Positions 49,677 through 61,317 of a DNA stretch of 64,000 nt are shown here, one piece after another; position 1 is the first letter of the stretch, and each line of letters opens with the position of its first letter. The translations under genes were made by a program, and so were the position numbers. The notes beneath the pieces are model-generated. The model did no database searches, was not told the DNA's origin, and worked only from the letters and a program-made list of their open reading frames with translations. Location: the NCBI GenBank assembly GCA_001662655.1, contig KV460220.1. One strand, written 5' to 3'. This stretch comes from Pseudogymnoascus verrucosus. Lineage: Eukaryota.

Positions 49677-52502
49677 ATGGCGCGACGGAATGCGACCAGC
49701 GCGCCTGTCGCCGTCGCAAGCAAGCAAAACCAAGATGAAGAGGAAGTTGCGGAAGACGGTGATTGGGAGCAATTTGTTTATGCAGAGCGGTTAGTTGCTG
49801 ATTCTGTCGCAACAGAAGACCAAGGCGAATTCTCGTTACTGCTCCGAGAGCAACTAGATGCCGAACAAGAAGACCCAGAAGAAGAGGACGAAGACGAGGA
49901 CGTCAGCGACAACGTTCTTAACGTGTTGAACAACGCCACAAGCACACCTCGCACCTCAAGTCGAGCTTTACAAGACGACGAGCCACAACAGGACCCCCCG
50001 TTTTCTATACGGAAGCGAGTTACTGGGTTATTCACTGAGGGCTTGCGACTTCTGGGCAGCAGCGGCTCCAGACCAAACGACAACGACATCACTGACGACA
50101 CAAGCCCCGCGGAGGCAAGAGACGACAACATGCAACTACGATCCACTTCAGCCTCAGCTAGCAAAGCTCCCAATAAACTTAGTCGCCCGTCGGTGCTGCA
50201 CCAGCCTCTCAACACGTACAAACCATCGCCACAAGGCTCTGGGAAACCGGATGTCTACGACCTACATGCATCACCAGAGAAGGCGGCGACAACGCCCACC
50301 AGAACTCAGTCGAAACAAGCTCAGGGCGTGAAGCGCAAGAGGAATAATACAGCAGCAGCAAAGAAGCCGCCTCCTAAAGGTAAGGCACCAAGTCCCCACT
50401 TGCTCGTAACCGTTTTTAAAGAATCAGAACAAATAAAGGCAGAAGCTCCAACCAGAGTCACCAGGAGTCGAGGGTCTGGTGAGATCGTCGAACCTATTGA
50501 TTATTCGAGAAAGGTTGAAGACACGGGCAAGCGGAAGCGGAGTGGTGGCACAGTTGGTGTCGAGCCGCCACCGAGGGCGAGCCGCAAGAGAAATAAGAAG
50601 GTTATAGAAGATGAGGTCGATGAATCGGAGGATGGAGACAGACCCAGCACCCCAGGCAATCAGAATCTCGCCGAGGAGGACATCCCAGCCGAGGAAGCTG
50701 CGAGTCCGCCAACATTACAGAAACCCCACGCCGTAGACGAATTGCCAGAAGCCACACCTAGCGTCTCGGACAAAGGATCACAATCTAGTGCCGCCTCGGG
50801 GCCGTCCGATGCAACCGCCAAGAGTATAAAGAAAGGCAAAAACGCAACCGTCGAGGACAAAGAAGACCCAGACGATCAAGACTTCGAAGACAGTGGTAGC
50901 GGTGTCGAATATAGTGGGAGCGAAGGGGAACTTGAACCTGAGAGCGAAGAAGAAGCTGAATCTAAGACCGAAGAAGAACTTAAACCTAAGACCGAAGGAA
51001 TATCGCCTATCAATGCTGCAATTCCCAGGAGGAAGCGCCAAGGCGAACTACAAATCTCTATAAAGTCCCCTTATTTTGGGAATGACTTTATAGCCGCTAG
51101 CAACATCATAAAGGTCACGGAGTTGGTTGACAAACTTGGGATGAATCAACCCAAAGATACACAAAATGATACAGAGCCCCTGAGGAAGGCCGACACTTTT
51201 GATGGAAAAGAGATACAGGTCTTAACGAGGAACATCATCTCTTCATACGAGTCAATCCAGGGCCTCGACGAACATGAAGACCCCGATCCTGTTGCTCGAA
51301 CCGAGGCGCTCTGTTCAGCTGCCAGAGACCTTGACAGGTTAGAAGTCACCGTGCGGAGAATTATAGAGAAGAAGCTTTGCGATCCCGCCAAACTTGCTGC
51401 TCGTTACGGCGGAGATAAAGGCGAGAAGTGGCGCAAAAGAATGCTGAAAGATCTGTTCCTGTTCGTCATGCCAGACATCATCAGGGCAGCATCTGCAGCC
51501 ATATTCACATATGGCTCCGAGGGGCCTCCGGGCACCTTTGATCTAAAGGAGATATTACGGTACATATCACTAGTGTCGAGGCTGCTTGTCATAGTCGAGG
51601 ATCCGAATAACAAAGATCATCGCCCAGTAGCAGCCCATAACACTGCCCTTCCAATCCGAAGGCCATACATGAGCATCAAGCCCCTCCTACTAGGCTTCGA
51701 GATTCAATGCAAACAAGAATTACAGCATCGAGAAGATGTGGCCGAAGCGGAGCGACAAGCTCCCATACTGGAGAGGGAGCGGAGAAAACGAGAAGAGGCG
51801 GAACGGTTGGCGGCGGAAGAGGCTCAGATTGAGCACCAGAGGCGACAGGAAGAGATCAATGATGCATTCAACCAAGAGAGGATGAAATACGGGCTAGCTC
51901 CAGTACCGTTGGCAGGCACCCAGGTGTCTCAGAAACCCCAGCCATCCGAACCGCCACAGCCGACTGAACCCCACCAGGCGCAAGAGCTTAATATCACGGC
52001 GCACCGCATACGTGCAGAGGAGGAAGTGAGCGTGCTGGCGAAGGAAGTGGAGGCGCTGACGAAGAAGCTTGAAACGGCCGAGAGACGGGCTACGAAGCTG
52101 AGACGAGAGGAGCAGCGCCAGCTCAGGGGCTATGATGCAGATGACGCGCATGAGATTGACTACGAGAGGGTGGAGATGTTCCCGGCTGGCAATAATAACG
52201 CTCCTGTCACCAAACCTTGGACTAAGACTGAGTACGAGGTGCTGGCGGATGGGCTCAGGTTGGAAACAGGTATGTCTCATTTTCTACTGTGCTGTCTGTT
52301 TCACTTAACTAATCTACGCGCAGGGCCTGATAAATACCCAAATATTGCGAGGAGGTTGGATAGGAGCTTCGACGAGATTTTCGAGAAGGCATTAGAGTTT
52401 AAGAGGGTCATAATCGAGACTCTCTATGTGCCGAAAGGGATACCAGTCCCAGCGTGGATTGAAATCATTGGTAACGAGATGTTACCCAGGGGGAGGGAGT
52501 GA
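49677..52502 (+). CDS. Hypothetical nuclear protein: acidic/basic disordered N-half, helical core, coiled coil, C-terminal Myb/SANT-like domain
   Basis: Long ORF with NLS-like KRKR motifs; PWTKTEYEVLADGL...G|PDKYPNIARRLDRSFDEIFEKA after removal of the 54-nt intron 52270-52323. Confidence 0.8.
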   Translation: MARRNATSAPVAVASKQNQDEEEVAEDGDWEQFVYAERLVADSVATEDQGEFSLLLREQLDAEQEDPEEEDEDEDVSDNVLNVLNNATSTPRTSSRALQDDEPQQDPPFSIRKRVTGLFTEGLRLLGSSGSRPNDNDITDDTSPAEARDDNMQLRSTSASASKAPNKLSRPSVLHQPLNTYKPSPQGSGKPDVYDLHASPEKAATTPTRTQSKQAQGVKRKRNNTAAAKKPPPKGKAPSPHLLVTVFKESEQIKAEAPTRVTRSRGSGEIVEPIDYSRKVEDTGKRKRSGGTVGVEPPPRASRKRNKKVIEDEVDESEDGDRPSTPGNQNLAEEDIPAEEAASPPTLQKPHAVDELPEATPSVSDKGSQSSAASGPSDATAKSIKKGKNATVEDKEDPDDQDFEDSGSGVEYSGSEGELEPESEEEAESKTEEELKPKTEGISPINAAIPRRKRQGELQISIKSPYFGNDFIAASNIIKVTELVDKLGMNQPKDTQNDTEPLRKADTFDGKEIQVLTRNIISSYESIQGLDEHEDPDPVARTEALCSAARDLDRLEVTVRRIIEKKLCDPAKLAARYGGDKGEKWRKRMLKDLFLFVMPDIIRAASAAIFTYGSEGPPGTFDLKEILRYISLVSRLLVIVEDPNNKDHRPVAAHNTALPIRRPYMSIKPLLLGFEIQCKQELQHREDVAEAERQAPILERERRKREEAERLAAEEAQIEHQRRQEEINDAFNQERMKYGLAPVPLAGTQVSQKPQPSEPPQPTEPHQAQELNITAHRIRAEEEVSVLAKEVEALTKKLETAERRATKLRREEQRQLRGYDADDAHEIDYERVEMFPAGNNNAPVTKPWTKTEYEVLADGLRLETGMSHFLLCCLFHLTNLRAGPDKYPNIARRLDRSFDEIFEKALEFKRVIIETLYVPKGIPVPAWIEIIGNEMLPRGRE

Positions 52503-52763
52503 GACCAGCGCGATGGCGGGGTGTGCGTCAGAGTGGCTCTTTCTTTACACTGTCCAGATACCCTATTTCACGAAGCCATGATATTATTTGCCCGGACACG
52601 TTCGTGGCACTGTGCATTCCACGCTGTCTTCCACCACCACTGTGTGACGACGACCAATCTTGCCGTGCTATCCAAATTGAACCGCGTGCATCGTGCATAC
52701 GATACCCGTGACGACGTACATGCGTGAAGATTTTCTAGTCTGCTTTCTTAGTTTTTTCTTCTT

Positions 52764-52951
52764 CCTGGCAGGCTTCCGAAACGAGCTCTGAGCTGGCATA
52801 TTGGGTCGTGGTCGGGGCGAGTGGATTCGACTCCACGGCGCTCGTTGTTAGCGGCCTAACGGTGACGCTGGATGCGGTTGATGTGTTGTAGGCTAACGCG
52901 ACGCGCAGAACCCTTTTTTCAGGGTCCAGTAGGAAGCGTCAGACTGCCAGG
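52764..52951 (+). ncRNA. Candidate structured RNA element of unknown family
   Basis: Several Watson-Crick helices readable by eye (52764-71/52944-51, 52772-77/52932-37, 52780-86/52840-46, 52821-25/52832-36, 52847-51/52856-60, 52868-72/52925-29, 52911-14/52921-24); G-U pairs favour the + strand. Confidence 0.4.
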
Positions 52952-54091
52952 GCGGGTGTAGAAAGTGGGGGTTTTTTCTGGGGGTCCTGGACGGTGCAAG
53001 GTCCACATTGCAGATGGTAGAGCGGCTTGGGCCCATCATCGAGGGCACGGTGTGTAAATCAATATAGTTCGGAGCAAATAATTGCGATGGCTGGCCGTGG
53101 ATAAATAAGTTACTCGTTATTATGACGAAGTAAATACAGACGGAAAGAGCGGTAAGCCGGGTGTCGCGTCGGTATGTTTTGAAGCTACTATTAGAGCGAC
53201 TATATCGACTATATTGAATATAGTGACAATAATAGCGGGTAGTAGAGTAATAGCGTGTTTATAGGAAATGATTTGTGACTATTTTGGATGATTTGGGTGT
53301 GATTTGGGGTGATTCGGGATGGTTTTGGCAATAATTTGACAACCACAATAACGCCTCTAACCTCATGGACCCCTGACACCGAACCGGCGGTGACTTCCAC
53401 TCGCCTAATTAGGCTTTGAAGCTCTCCCCTGAGCCGACGCGTGTGGGACGGATGCCCACCGCTGTCTTCTCAACCCCCCTCCCCCAATTGAATTAAGACG
53501 AGGATCTTGTCGCTGCATCTCCCATTCCTACCTTAACGCCAATTATACTATCGCAACTGTTACTCTAGGTAAGACAAACCCATTCATAATCATAGCCTCA
53601 CCTACTCTACTCTATGCACAGGGGTCTGATTCATATACAGCCTGAAGAAAGCTCAAAGTCCCACTTCGCTGCGTTGGCGCCGTCGACAAAAACAATAGCC
53701 CACCACTCTTATACCTCACCACCCAACACCCGCATCGATTTTTCCTCTTCTTGCCTGCGCATACAGCGGTGAGGCACCAACGACGCCGAACACGTAGTAA
53801 GTCCCCCCCTCTTCCTATGGAGATCTCTGCCCATCAGGTGCAGCGCGCACAGTCGGGCTCGGGCATGCCTGCGTTGGCTCGGCCTCGCATCATCCAACGG
53901 GCGTTGACGTGGCGCCGTGCGTCCCTGGTATATCAGACAGGCGCAGGCAGCATGTCCCGCCCTCGATGGCCAACAGATCCTCTTCCTATACTCCTATTAT
54001 ATAATTCGTTCGCTGACAGTTGCCCCCAATGGCAGCTAGGAACTATCTGTGTGGTATCTCTCCACGAGAGATCCGATTGAAATTCAGGAAG

Positions 54092-57000
54092 ATGGCCGAT
54101 ACCGAACCTAAGGACGTCGTGGTGCAAGAGGAGGGCACGCAGGAGGCGTCTGGAACCGAGACCGCCGGCGAGGAGACGACGGGGCTGGTTTCGGAGGTCG
54201 AGACGGAGACCGAGAAGGAGACCCCAAGCCCGAGAAAGGTTGCGGTCAAGAAGGACAGTGTTGTGCCAAAGCGCGCTGCTGTCCCGGCGAAGCGCCTAGG
54301 ATCCTCGGCGACCTCGAGCACGAAGTCGGCTACAACTACTACGTCGACTGCGAAGACGACTCCAACATCGTCTGTCTCGCGTACCACGACTGGCGGACTG
54401 AGCAAGCCACCTACAAGACCAGTGGCTGGATCTATCGCCAGAAAGCCAGCGACCAGCGCGACGGGAGCGACATCGTCGAGTGCTGCTTCGCATAGGTCCG
54501 CCTCGTCGGTTGACGAGAAGAAGCCAATAGCTGGAACCGCGAGACGATCATCCATACTCCCATCGAGCAGCTCGGCAAGCAGGACTACACCAACCACCGC
54601 TGCTGCGGCTCGCAAGCCCGCTGTATCTACCACCTCGACCCCACCAAAGCCAACTACGAGGGCCGTTACTTCGACAACCCCAAAAAGCACAGCTTCGAAT
54701 GGCTCCGTGACTGGCCGCTTGGCATCGACGACTGCTAAGCCAGCCGCTACTGTTGCTACGACGGCAGGAAGGAGAATCTCGAATATCGCTGGCTCCATCA
54801 CAGGCTCAACAAGTCGAACTGCCGCTTCTGCAGCCGCTGCCAAGGAGTCTGAGGACCTGAAGGCCAAGCTCCAGGAGAGCGAAGCCAAGGTCGAGGAGCT
54901 CAAGGCCGAAGTCGCTGCTTCCCAAGAGAAGCTGGCCGACTTGAGCAAGCAGATCGAAGAAGAGGCCGCTCGCGTCTCCGCTGCCGAAGAGGGCATCCGT
55001 AAGGAGCATACCGAGCTGGTCGAGAAGACCCGCGACTCCCACAAGTCGGATGTTCAGACCCTCGAGGCGCAACTCGTTGAGCTTGAGACGTCATACAACG
55101 CCAAGCTCGATGCTTCCAACGCAACCGCTGTCGAGTCTGCCGAGGCCCTCGAGAAGAAGCACACCGAGCATACAGCCGCATTAGCTGCGCTCGAGGCTGA
55201 GCTTCAAACTGCCAAGGATTCGCACGCCAGCACTGTCGCTGCCAAGGAAGCGGATATCGAGGCGGCGAAGGCTGATGCTGAGAAGGCTCAGGGAGAGGCC
55301 AAGGCCTTGAACGAGACTTTGGATTCGTTGAAGTCTGAGCACGAGGCTAAGTCTAAGGAGGTCGAGGGTACCATTGCTACCCAGAACGCCGAACATGCAT
55401 CGGCATTGGAAGAGCTGAAGACAGCCCTCAAGTCGCTCACCGATGAGCACGAGGCTACTATCTCGGCATTGAAGCTCTCTCACCAGGAAGCTTTGGATAA
55501 GGGAACTAGCGATGCTAGCACGTCGCATTCCGAAGAGCTCAAGGCCCTCGCCGACAAGCACGAGGAGGCGCAAGCAAGTCTCCAGAAGGAGCTCGACACC
55601 GCTGTTGCATCTCACGCTAGCGTTGGCGCTGAGTTGACCTCCGCCAAATCGGCACACGATGAGGACAAGGCAGCCCTTTCTGCCGAGCTAGCTGCCCTGA
55701 AGGAGAAGCTTGCCACCGCAGAGAAGGATCTTGCTGAGTTGTCGGAGAAATTCGAAGCCGCGCAAGCTAAGATTGCCGAAAGCGAGGCAGCATTGACCAA
55801 GGCCAATGGCGAGGTTGCGAACATTCAAGCGGAGGTCCTGTCGCTCCAAAAGATGATGGATACCGTCGACGAGGCTAGCAAGAGCAGCGACGAGGCGCAC
55901 AAGAAGGAGCTTGCTTCCCTGACGAAGACTCTGGAGGAGAAGACGAAGGAGATCTCTTCCATCAACGAGAAGCACATCAAGGAGCTGGAGTCGATTTCCA
56001 AGGACTACCAGAAGGAGATCGACGCTCTGGAGAGCCAGTCAGGCTTCAAGGACAAGTACGACGAGCTGAATGTCCAGCACGAGGAGCTTGTTAAGTCTCA
56101 CGATGCCGCGGTCGAGGCTCACACTTCGGAGTTGGAGAAGCTGAGAACCGATCACGGCAGTGCCGTTGATGCGCTCAAGGCCGCCGAGGCCGCGCACGAG
56201 ACCGCTGTTGCCGACTTGAAGACCTCGCACTCCAAGGAGTTGGGCGAGGTGACTGAGCGTGCTGTCTCTGGTGACTCTAACCACGCTGCTGAGCTTGAGA
56301 AGATCCACTCTACCCACAGCGCCGCTCTTCTGTCGTTGACGGACGAGCACGTAACCGTCCAGTCGAGCCTTGCAGCTGAGATTGAGAAGTACAAGGAGGC
56401 CGAGGCTGCGCTGAAGGCCGAGACTGAGAAGGTCGCCGCGCAAGCCGCGAAGAGCGAAGCTGAGATCGATGAGCTGAAGGTTGCCCTCGCCGAGGAGAAA
56501 TCTGCCAAGTCTGCTGCGCAGGCTGATCTCGATGCTGCTATCAACAAGAAGCCGGATACCACCGAGCTCGACGCCCTCCGTAAGGAGCATGATTCTCTTA
56601 AGGAGGAGCACGTGGCTCTTGTCAACAAGGCACCAGACACCACTGAAGCTGATGCCCTCAAGGCTGAGCTCGCGACTCTGAAGGAGGAGCACACTACGCT
56701 CCTCGCCAAGGAGCCAGATACCACCGAGCTTGATGCTCTCCGTGTTGAGCATGGGTCCCTCAAGGAGCAGCACGAGGCTTTGGCCAACAAGGCACCTGAC
56801 ACCACCGAGCTCGATGCTCTCCGCAAGGAGCACAGCTCCCTCAAGGAGCAGCACGAGGCTTTGGCCAACAAGGCACCTGATACCACTGAAGCTGATGCTC
56901 TCCGCGCCGAGCTTGCAACTCTCAAGGAGCAACACGAGGCTCTTATCAACAAGGCACCTGACACCACTGAGGTCGATGCCCTCAAGGCTGAGCTTGCCGC

Positions 57001-57837
57001 CCTCAAGGAGAAGCATGAAGCTCTCGCCAACAAGGCACCCGACACCACCGAGACCGATGCCCTCAAGACCGAGCTCGCCTCCCTCAAGGACCAGCACGCC
57101 ACCGCGCTCTCCGTCGCCCAGAAGGAGTCCGAGCAAGCGACCAAGGAGCACCTCGCCGCCAAGGAGGCGCTCGAGAAGTCCCAGGCTGACTTTGCTGAGC
57201 ACAAGGCCACCGTGGAGAGCAAGGAGAAGACGAGCGAGTCGGATTACAAGGATATGCATGACTCGCTCACGCAGCTCGTTGAGGAGGCGAATGCGAAGGC
57301 CGAGGCTGCTACCAAGAAGGCGGCTGATGTCTCATCGCATGTCGCTGAGCTCGAAGCGCAGCTGAAGGTTAAGGATGCTGAGATTGCTGAGGCTAAGGCA
57401 TGTTTCCTCCCATATTGCCTGCCGTCGATGTGAAACTAATATCAAAACCAGGCCACGGCAGCAGCAGCACCTGCCGCAGTAGAGAAGCCCAAGTCTGGGA
57501 TCCTGGCCAGCAAATTCGCCGAGGACCTCGAGGAAGCTGCACCAGCCGCGGAAGGTGAGCCAGATAACTCGTCAGCCGCGCTCGCTTCGGTGGGTGGCCT
57601 TGCCTGACTCCCTTTTGTGCAAGTTTACTGACGAGATTTTGTAGTTGGCAGCGGCAAAGGTGAAGGTGTCGCAGCTTGATGAGATGAATGATGAGCTTAA
57701 GGATGAGAATTTGAGGTTTGTCCATCCCCTCCCCCCCTTATCCCGAGTTACGGAAGGACAGGTGCTGACGTGTTAGAAATAGAATGCTCAAATCCATCAG
57801 CGAGATCTCGACTCTCCCCGATGAGGTCGTTGTTTAA
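54092..57837 (+). CDS. Large coiled-coil protein with a basic Ser/Thr/Pro-rich N-terminal region and 27-aa tandem repeats
   Basis: ORF 54092-57397 then exons 57452-57589, 57645-57715, 57783-57837; heptad-rich E/K/A sequence; GILASKFA motif near the C-terminus; first intron probably GC-AG. Confidence 0.85.
56540..57106 (+). repeat. Coding tandem repeat, 81 nt x 7 (NKAPDTTExDALxxExxxLKEQHEALx)
   Basis: AACAAGGCACC at 56786, 56867, 56948, 57029 (81-nt period) plus three more divergent copies upstream. Confidence 0.9.
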
Positions 57838-58633
57838 ACACCGTCGCCATCACTCGCAACTTGTACTCGTGTTTTCCTCTATTTCTGTATTTTTTTGGTC
57901 TCCAACCTCAAACTCAACTCTGTTCATTCGATACCCGATCGCCGCCCTTGCCGCCTGCGGCGGCACGTTTTCCTGGCGCAATTTTTTGCTTTTTGTGTGC
58001 GCGCGTTGGATACCGGGTTTTTTGTGCTTTGGTTTGGAAATTTGAAGGGTGGTTGGAAGGGCCGGTCGAGAGTGGATGCATGTATGTATGTGTAATTACT
58101 GCTGAGGGGCCGAGAATTATGTGAGGGGGTGAGGAGGGTATGTAAGGGGGGTTGTTTATCTGTGATGTTGTGATGAAGGGGGTGTTATGATCAGAATGGA
58201 ATTGGCACACAGAGAAATGGACTGGATTAATGGCTCGTAATTTGATATGGTGAAGCTCATGAAGAGTGGGTTAGTGAGAGAGAGGCTATTGACCATTGGC
58301 CCCCTGTCCCTGGCTGCTTCCTGACGTTTGTCCTGTGATCACCCTTTGCTTAACTTATCGCTTGTTGATCTGCTCTGCGCAGATTCATCTGAATAGTACT
58401 CATGCTGTTGAATTGGCCATATGTATCCACGTGCTCGCTCGCCCTACTCTCGTCTAAGATAAATGGATATGCCAACTTAAAAGGAGGCAATCAACTCGGG
58501 TCTCGAGTCGCTCATGGAAATAACAGAGTTTGAGAAGGAGATATGTCGGTTTGCTACCTATTTGATAAGCGCTCACGATCGAATCATGTCTCGTTCCGAT
58601 GAAGGCTAGACAAAAATCAAGGATAGTGGTTGA

Positions 58634-58713
58634 GTGGTAGCATCTAGACGGTGGTAGCATTTAAACGGTGGCAACATCAAACGGTGACAGCATCTCACGG
58701 TGGTGACAGCATG
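58634..58713 (-). repeat. Degenerate 16-19-bp tandem array (5 units) with GTG(G/A)(T/C)AGCAT core (array 4)
   Basis: gtggtagcatctagacg, gtggtagcatttaaacg, gtggcaacatcaaacg, gtgacagcatctcacggtg, gtgacagcat. Confidence 0.75.
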
Positions 58714-59591
58714 TAGTCCGACATTATTGGAGTTTATGCCCTTCAATAGTGTCAGAATTGCTACGTCTGGTTAAGCTCAAGCTTTCTCTCCACGTACTTG
58801 TCGTTCTTTTGCGTGTTTAGCACCATGCATTTTCCTCTGGGCAGCCGCATTCCTCTGCATCTTCCGGCACCGTATATCTGTTTCAATCCGGAGCGTGTAT
58901 TCGGATCGGGCTCTGGAGGCTAAGTGCGTCTCCGGTGTAGAAATTGCTGTTTGCATTAAGTAGCCCTTCAATTTTGAGGATAATGTTGTTGTGTACACTG
59001 GTATTGTATTAGTTCCTCCAGAATTTAGGCTCCACATTACGTGTTATTTTGAAAGCTCTTGGAATGAGAATGTGTATAATATTTGTTAACGTAGTGCCCA
59101 ACCCATTACCACCTTTTGAATCAGCCAACCAACTCCCGACCCTAACCCTACCAAAATCGCCAGTCCATCTGTTCCTGTTCCTGCCAGTACCAGCCCATTG
59201 CTCTTTGAAATCATGTCTTCCCCGCAAACTTTAAGCGACTGTAACGAGTGTGTATATGAAATGTCGTGTAATTCGTGTGATCGTAGCTCGTAGGCTCCAT
59301 AGCAAAAAAAGGTAATGTAATGTAGTGTATATAAAATTGAGGCTCATGGAATCGCTGGATCGCTGATTTGGCAAAAAAAGAAAATATGAAGGAGCAAAAT
59401 AAAAGGGGTATAATGAAAAGAAGTCGCATCCTTCCGGAAAATGGAGGTGCTGTGAAATCTCGAAATAATGTCCCTCCTCCGTGGAGTGAGGAGAGTGCGC
59501 AAAGAGGCTGCTGACTGAGATAAAAATGTTTGGTGTCGACACGGTGAGATTTGTATGGTCTTGCAGCCCTCATAATTAAGATTATCTGATT

Positions 59592-61317
59592 TCAGATGGT
59601 CGCCTTCCGAACCAGCTCAATGGGAGTGGTGTGAACCCCCCCGAATGAATGAGTCGGTGAGGGAGTGCTGGGTGCGCCGGCCCCGTCGGCCCCGTCAGAC
59701 GGCCTCGGCCAGTTCTGATTGTTGTCATAGCTCATTGTAAGTAGTTTGGCTAAGACACCCCCTACGGAGAGAACTGTTAGCTGACAATGTCTCATGAAAT
59801 ATAACTGGAGAAGACAACTAACCTATTAGCAGAAGCAGTGTATTCCGAGGGAGAGACGGCGCAAGACCATATGATCCCAGAACAAGGACTGTAGGTGGCG
59901 TCGTAATGAGTAGTGTCCAGTCAATACCGCAGGGGCCTCTTGACCCGAACATCCGAGTCTGCCAAGTAGACGCCGTAGTCGTACTCTTATCGACTATGTC
60001 CGCCAGATTCGAAACCGCAGTGATTGCTCGTACTAATAATACTTCGTGCTCATCCCCCATCTTCGCCGCCATCTGCAGCTGCTCCGTCATATTCATCATG
60101 GCCGAGAGGACCTGCGAGGATTGCTTGTCCACTTGATTCTGGCGGTCTTGAATTGCCACCAGGCCATTTCCAACGGTGGCCATGTTGTTGTAGAGAGTGA
60201 CCATCATAGCCTTGAGCGCTTCCATGTCCTTATTTGCTGCCTGCGCCTCGCTGGCGATGTCCATTGTGATATCAAGAGCCCGTTGTTGTAAAGCAGCCTG
60301 CTCAGCATGGTTTTCTAACGAGCCCTTCCGGAGTCTATTGAGCATTTGTTCAACGTCGGCAGCATAAGTTGACATGCCGTTAAAGATTCCCTTCACATTA
60401 TTGCTTGCTTTTGTTGCCTCTGCGGAAACACCGTCCCAGACATCAGAGAGACCAACTTTGAGCTTATCCACTGATGTTTTTATCGTGCGAACGGAAGATC
60501 TTGCGTCTTCTGCCTCTTGCCGGATGTCGCGATTAATTTCGGAGAGTTTCTGAACTTCATCTACGACGTCGGCCATCAACCGGGTAAGAGTCGAGAACAG
60601 TGCAATTATTTCATCTATGATACGTCAGAAGCAGGTTAAAGCATGGTGGCTTCGAATGCTCGCCTTTTTCGATATCCATACGTGCCACTTGACACACGAC
60701 CGCCGTCGACTGCTGGTTGAACTTCCATGATACAACCGCAGATTGGTCAGCGCCAATTGCCTTCAGACAGCCGCTCATTTCAGAGTGATTGATAATGATG
60801 GACTGGCTGCCACGGCTGTTCTTTATACCCATAAGAGTAGATTGTGTGTATGGTGAACATTGTTGGGGAACTGGCCGCTGAAGGGCTTCAATGTCGCATA
60901 CTGTGAGACTCACGGCAAAGACCTTCAAGTAGTCTTCACGACGTTCGTCTTCAGTGGCTTTGTTTGTGGTGATGGGGTCTGTGGGGCTTTGTGGAGTTCG
61001 GCAGTTATCCAACAGCATGCTGGCTGCGAAGCGATGGCAGAATTGTTTCCGATTCAAGTCTTCAATCGCCTTTAACGCCTTGTTTATAATTGCGGAGTCG
61101 GGAGGTTGTTGCCGTTTTGGTAATGTGAGGTCAAAGTCAATATCCTCATCGCCTGTGACAGTCGTTAGACCCATTCTTCACCTCAATGACGGAGAGACTG
61201 ACCACCAATGACCGGCTTCTGGCCAATGTCATCTTCATCGATATACCTTCGCCAAATTGATGCTGTACAACCTTCGCCCAGTAGTAGAACCCATAGTATA
61301 ATTATGGATGGCTTCAT
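59592..61317 (-). CDS. KAR5: Nuclear membrane fusion protein Kar5/Tht1
   Basis: Signal peptide MKPSIIILWVLLLGEGCTA, Cys-rich domain (FCHRFAASMLLDNC...FAVSLTVCD...PQQC...GCLKAI...W...VCQVAR), coiled coil, C-terminal hydrophobic segments; three introns. Confidence 0.8.

Noticed and set aside
52783..52845. tRNA gene
   Set aside because: The T-loop-like hairpin has a 6-nt loop, A/B-box spacing is too short and there is no anticodon arm; kept only as part of the unknown structured element.
54043..57259. Long antisense ORFs (333, 356, 406 aa) over the coiled-coil gene
   Set aside because: Mirror frames of a repetitive, codon-biased CDS.
59139..59150. ACCCTAACCCTA, a telomere-repeat-like 12-mer and possible telomerase RNA template
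   Set aside because: Only ~440 nt remain before the KAR5 stop, too little for the pseudoknot and CR4/5 domains of the long Pezizomycotina telomerase RNA, and I could not find them. The A-runs are better explained as the KAR5 3'UTR. A covariance-model search would settle it.
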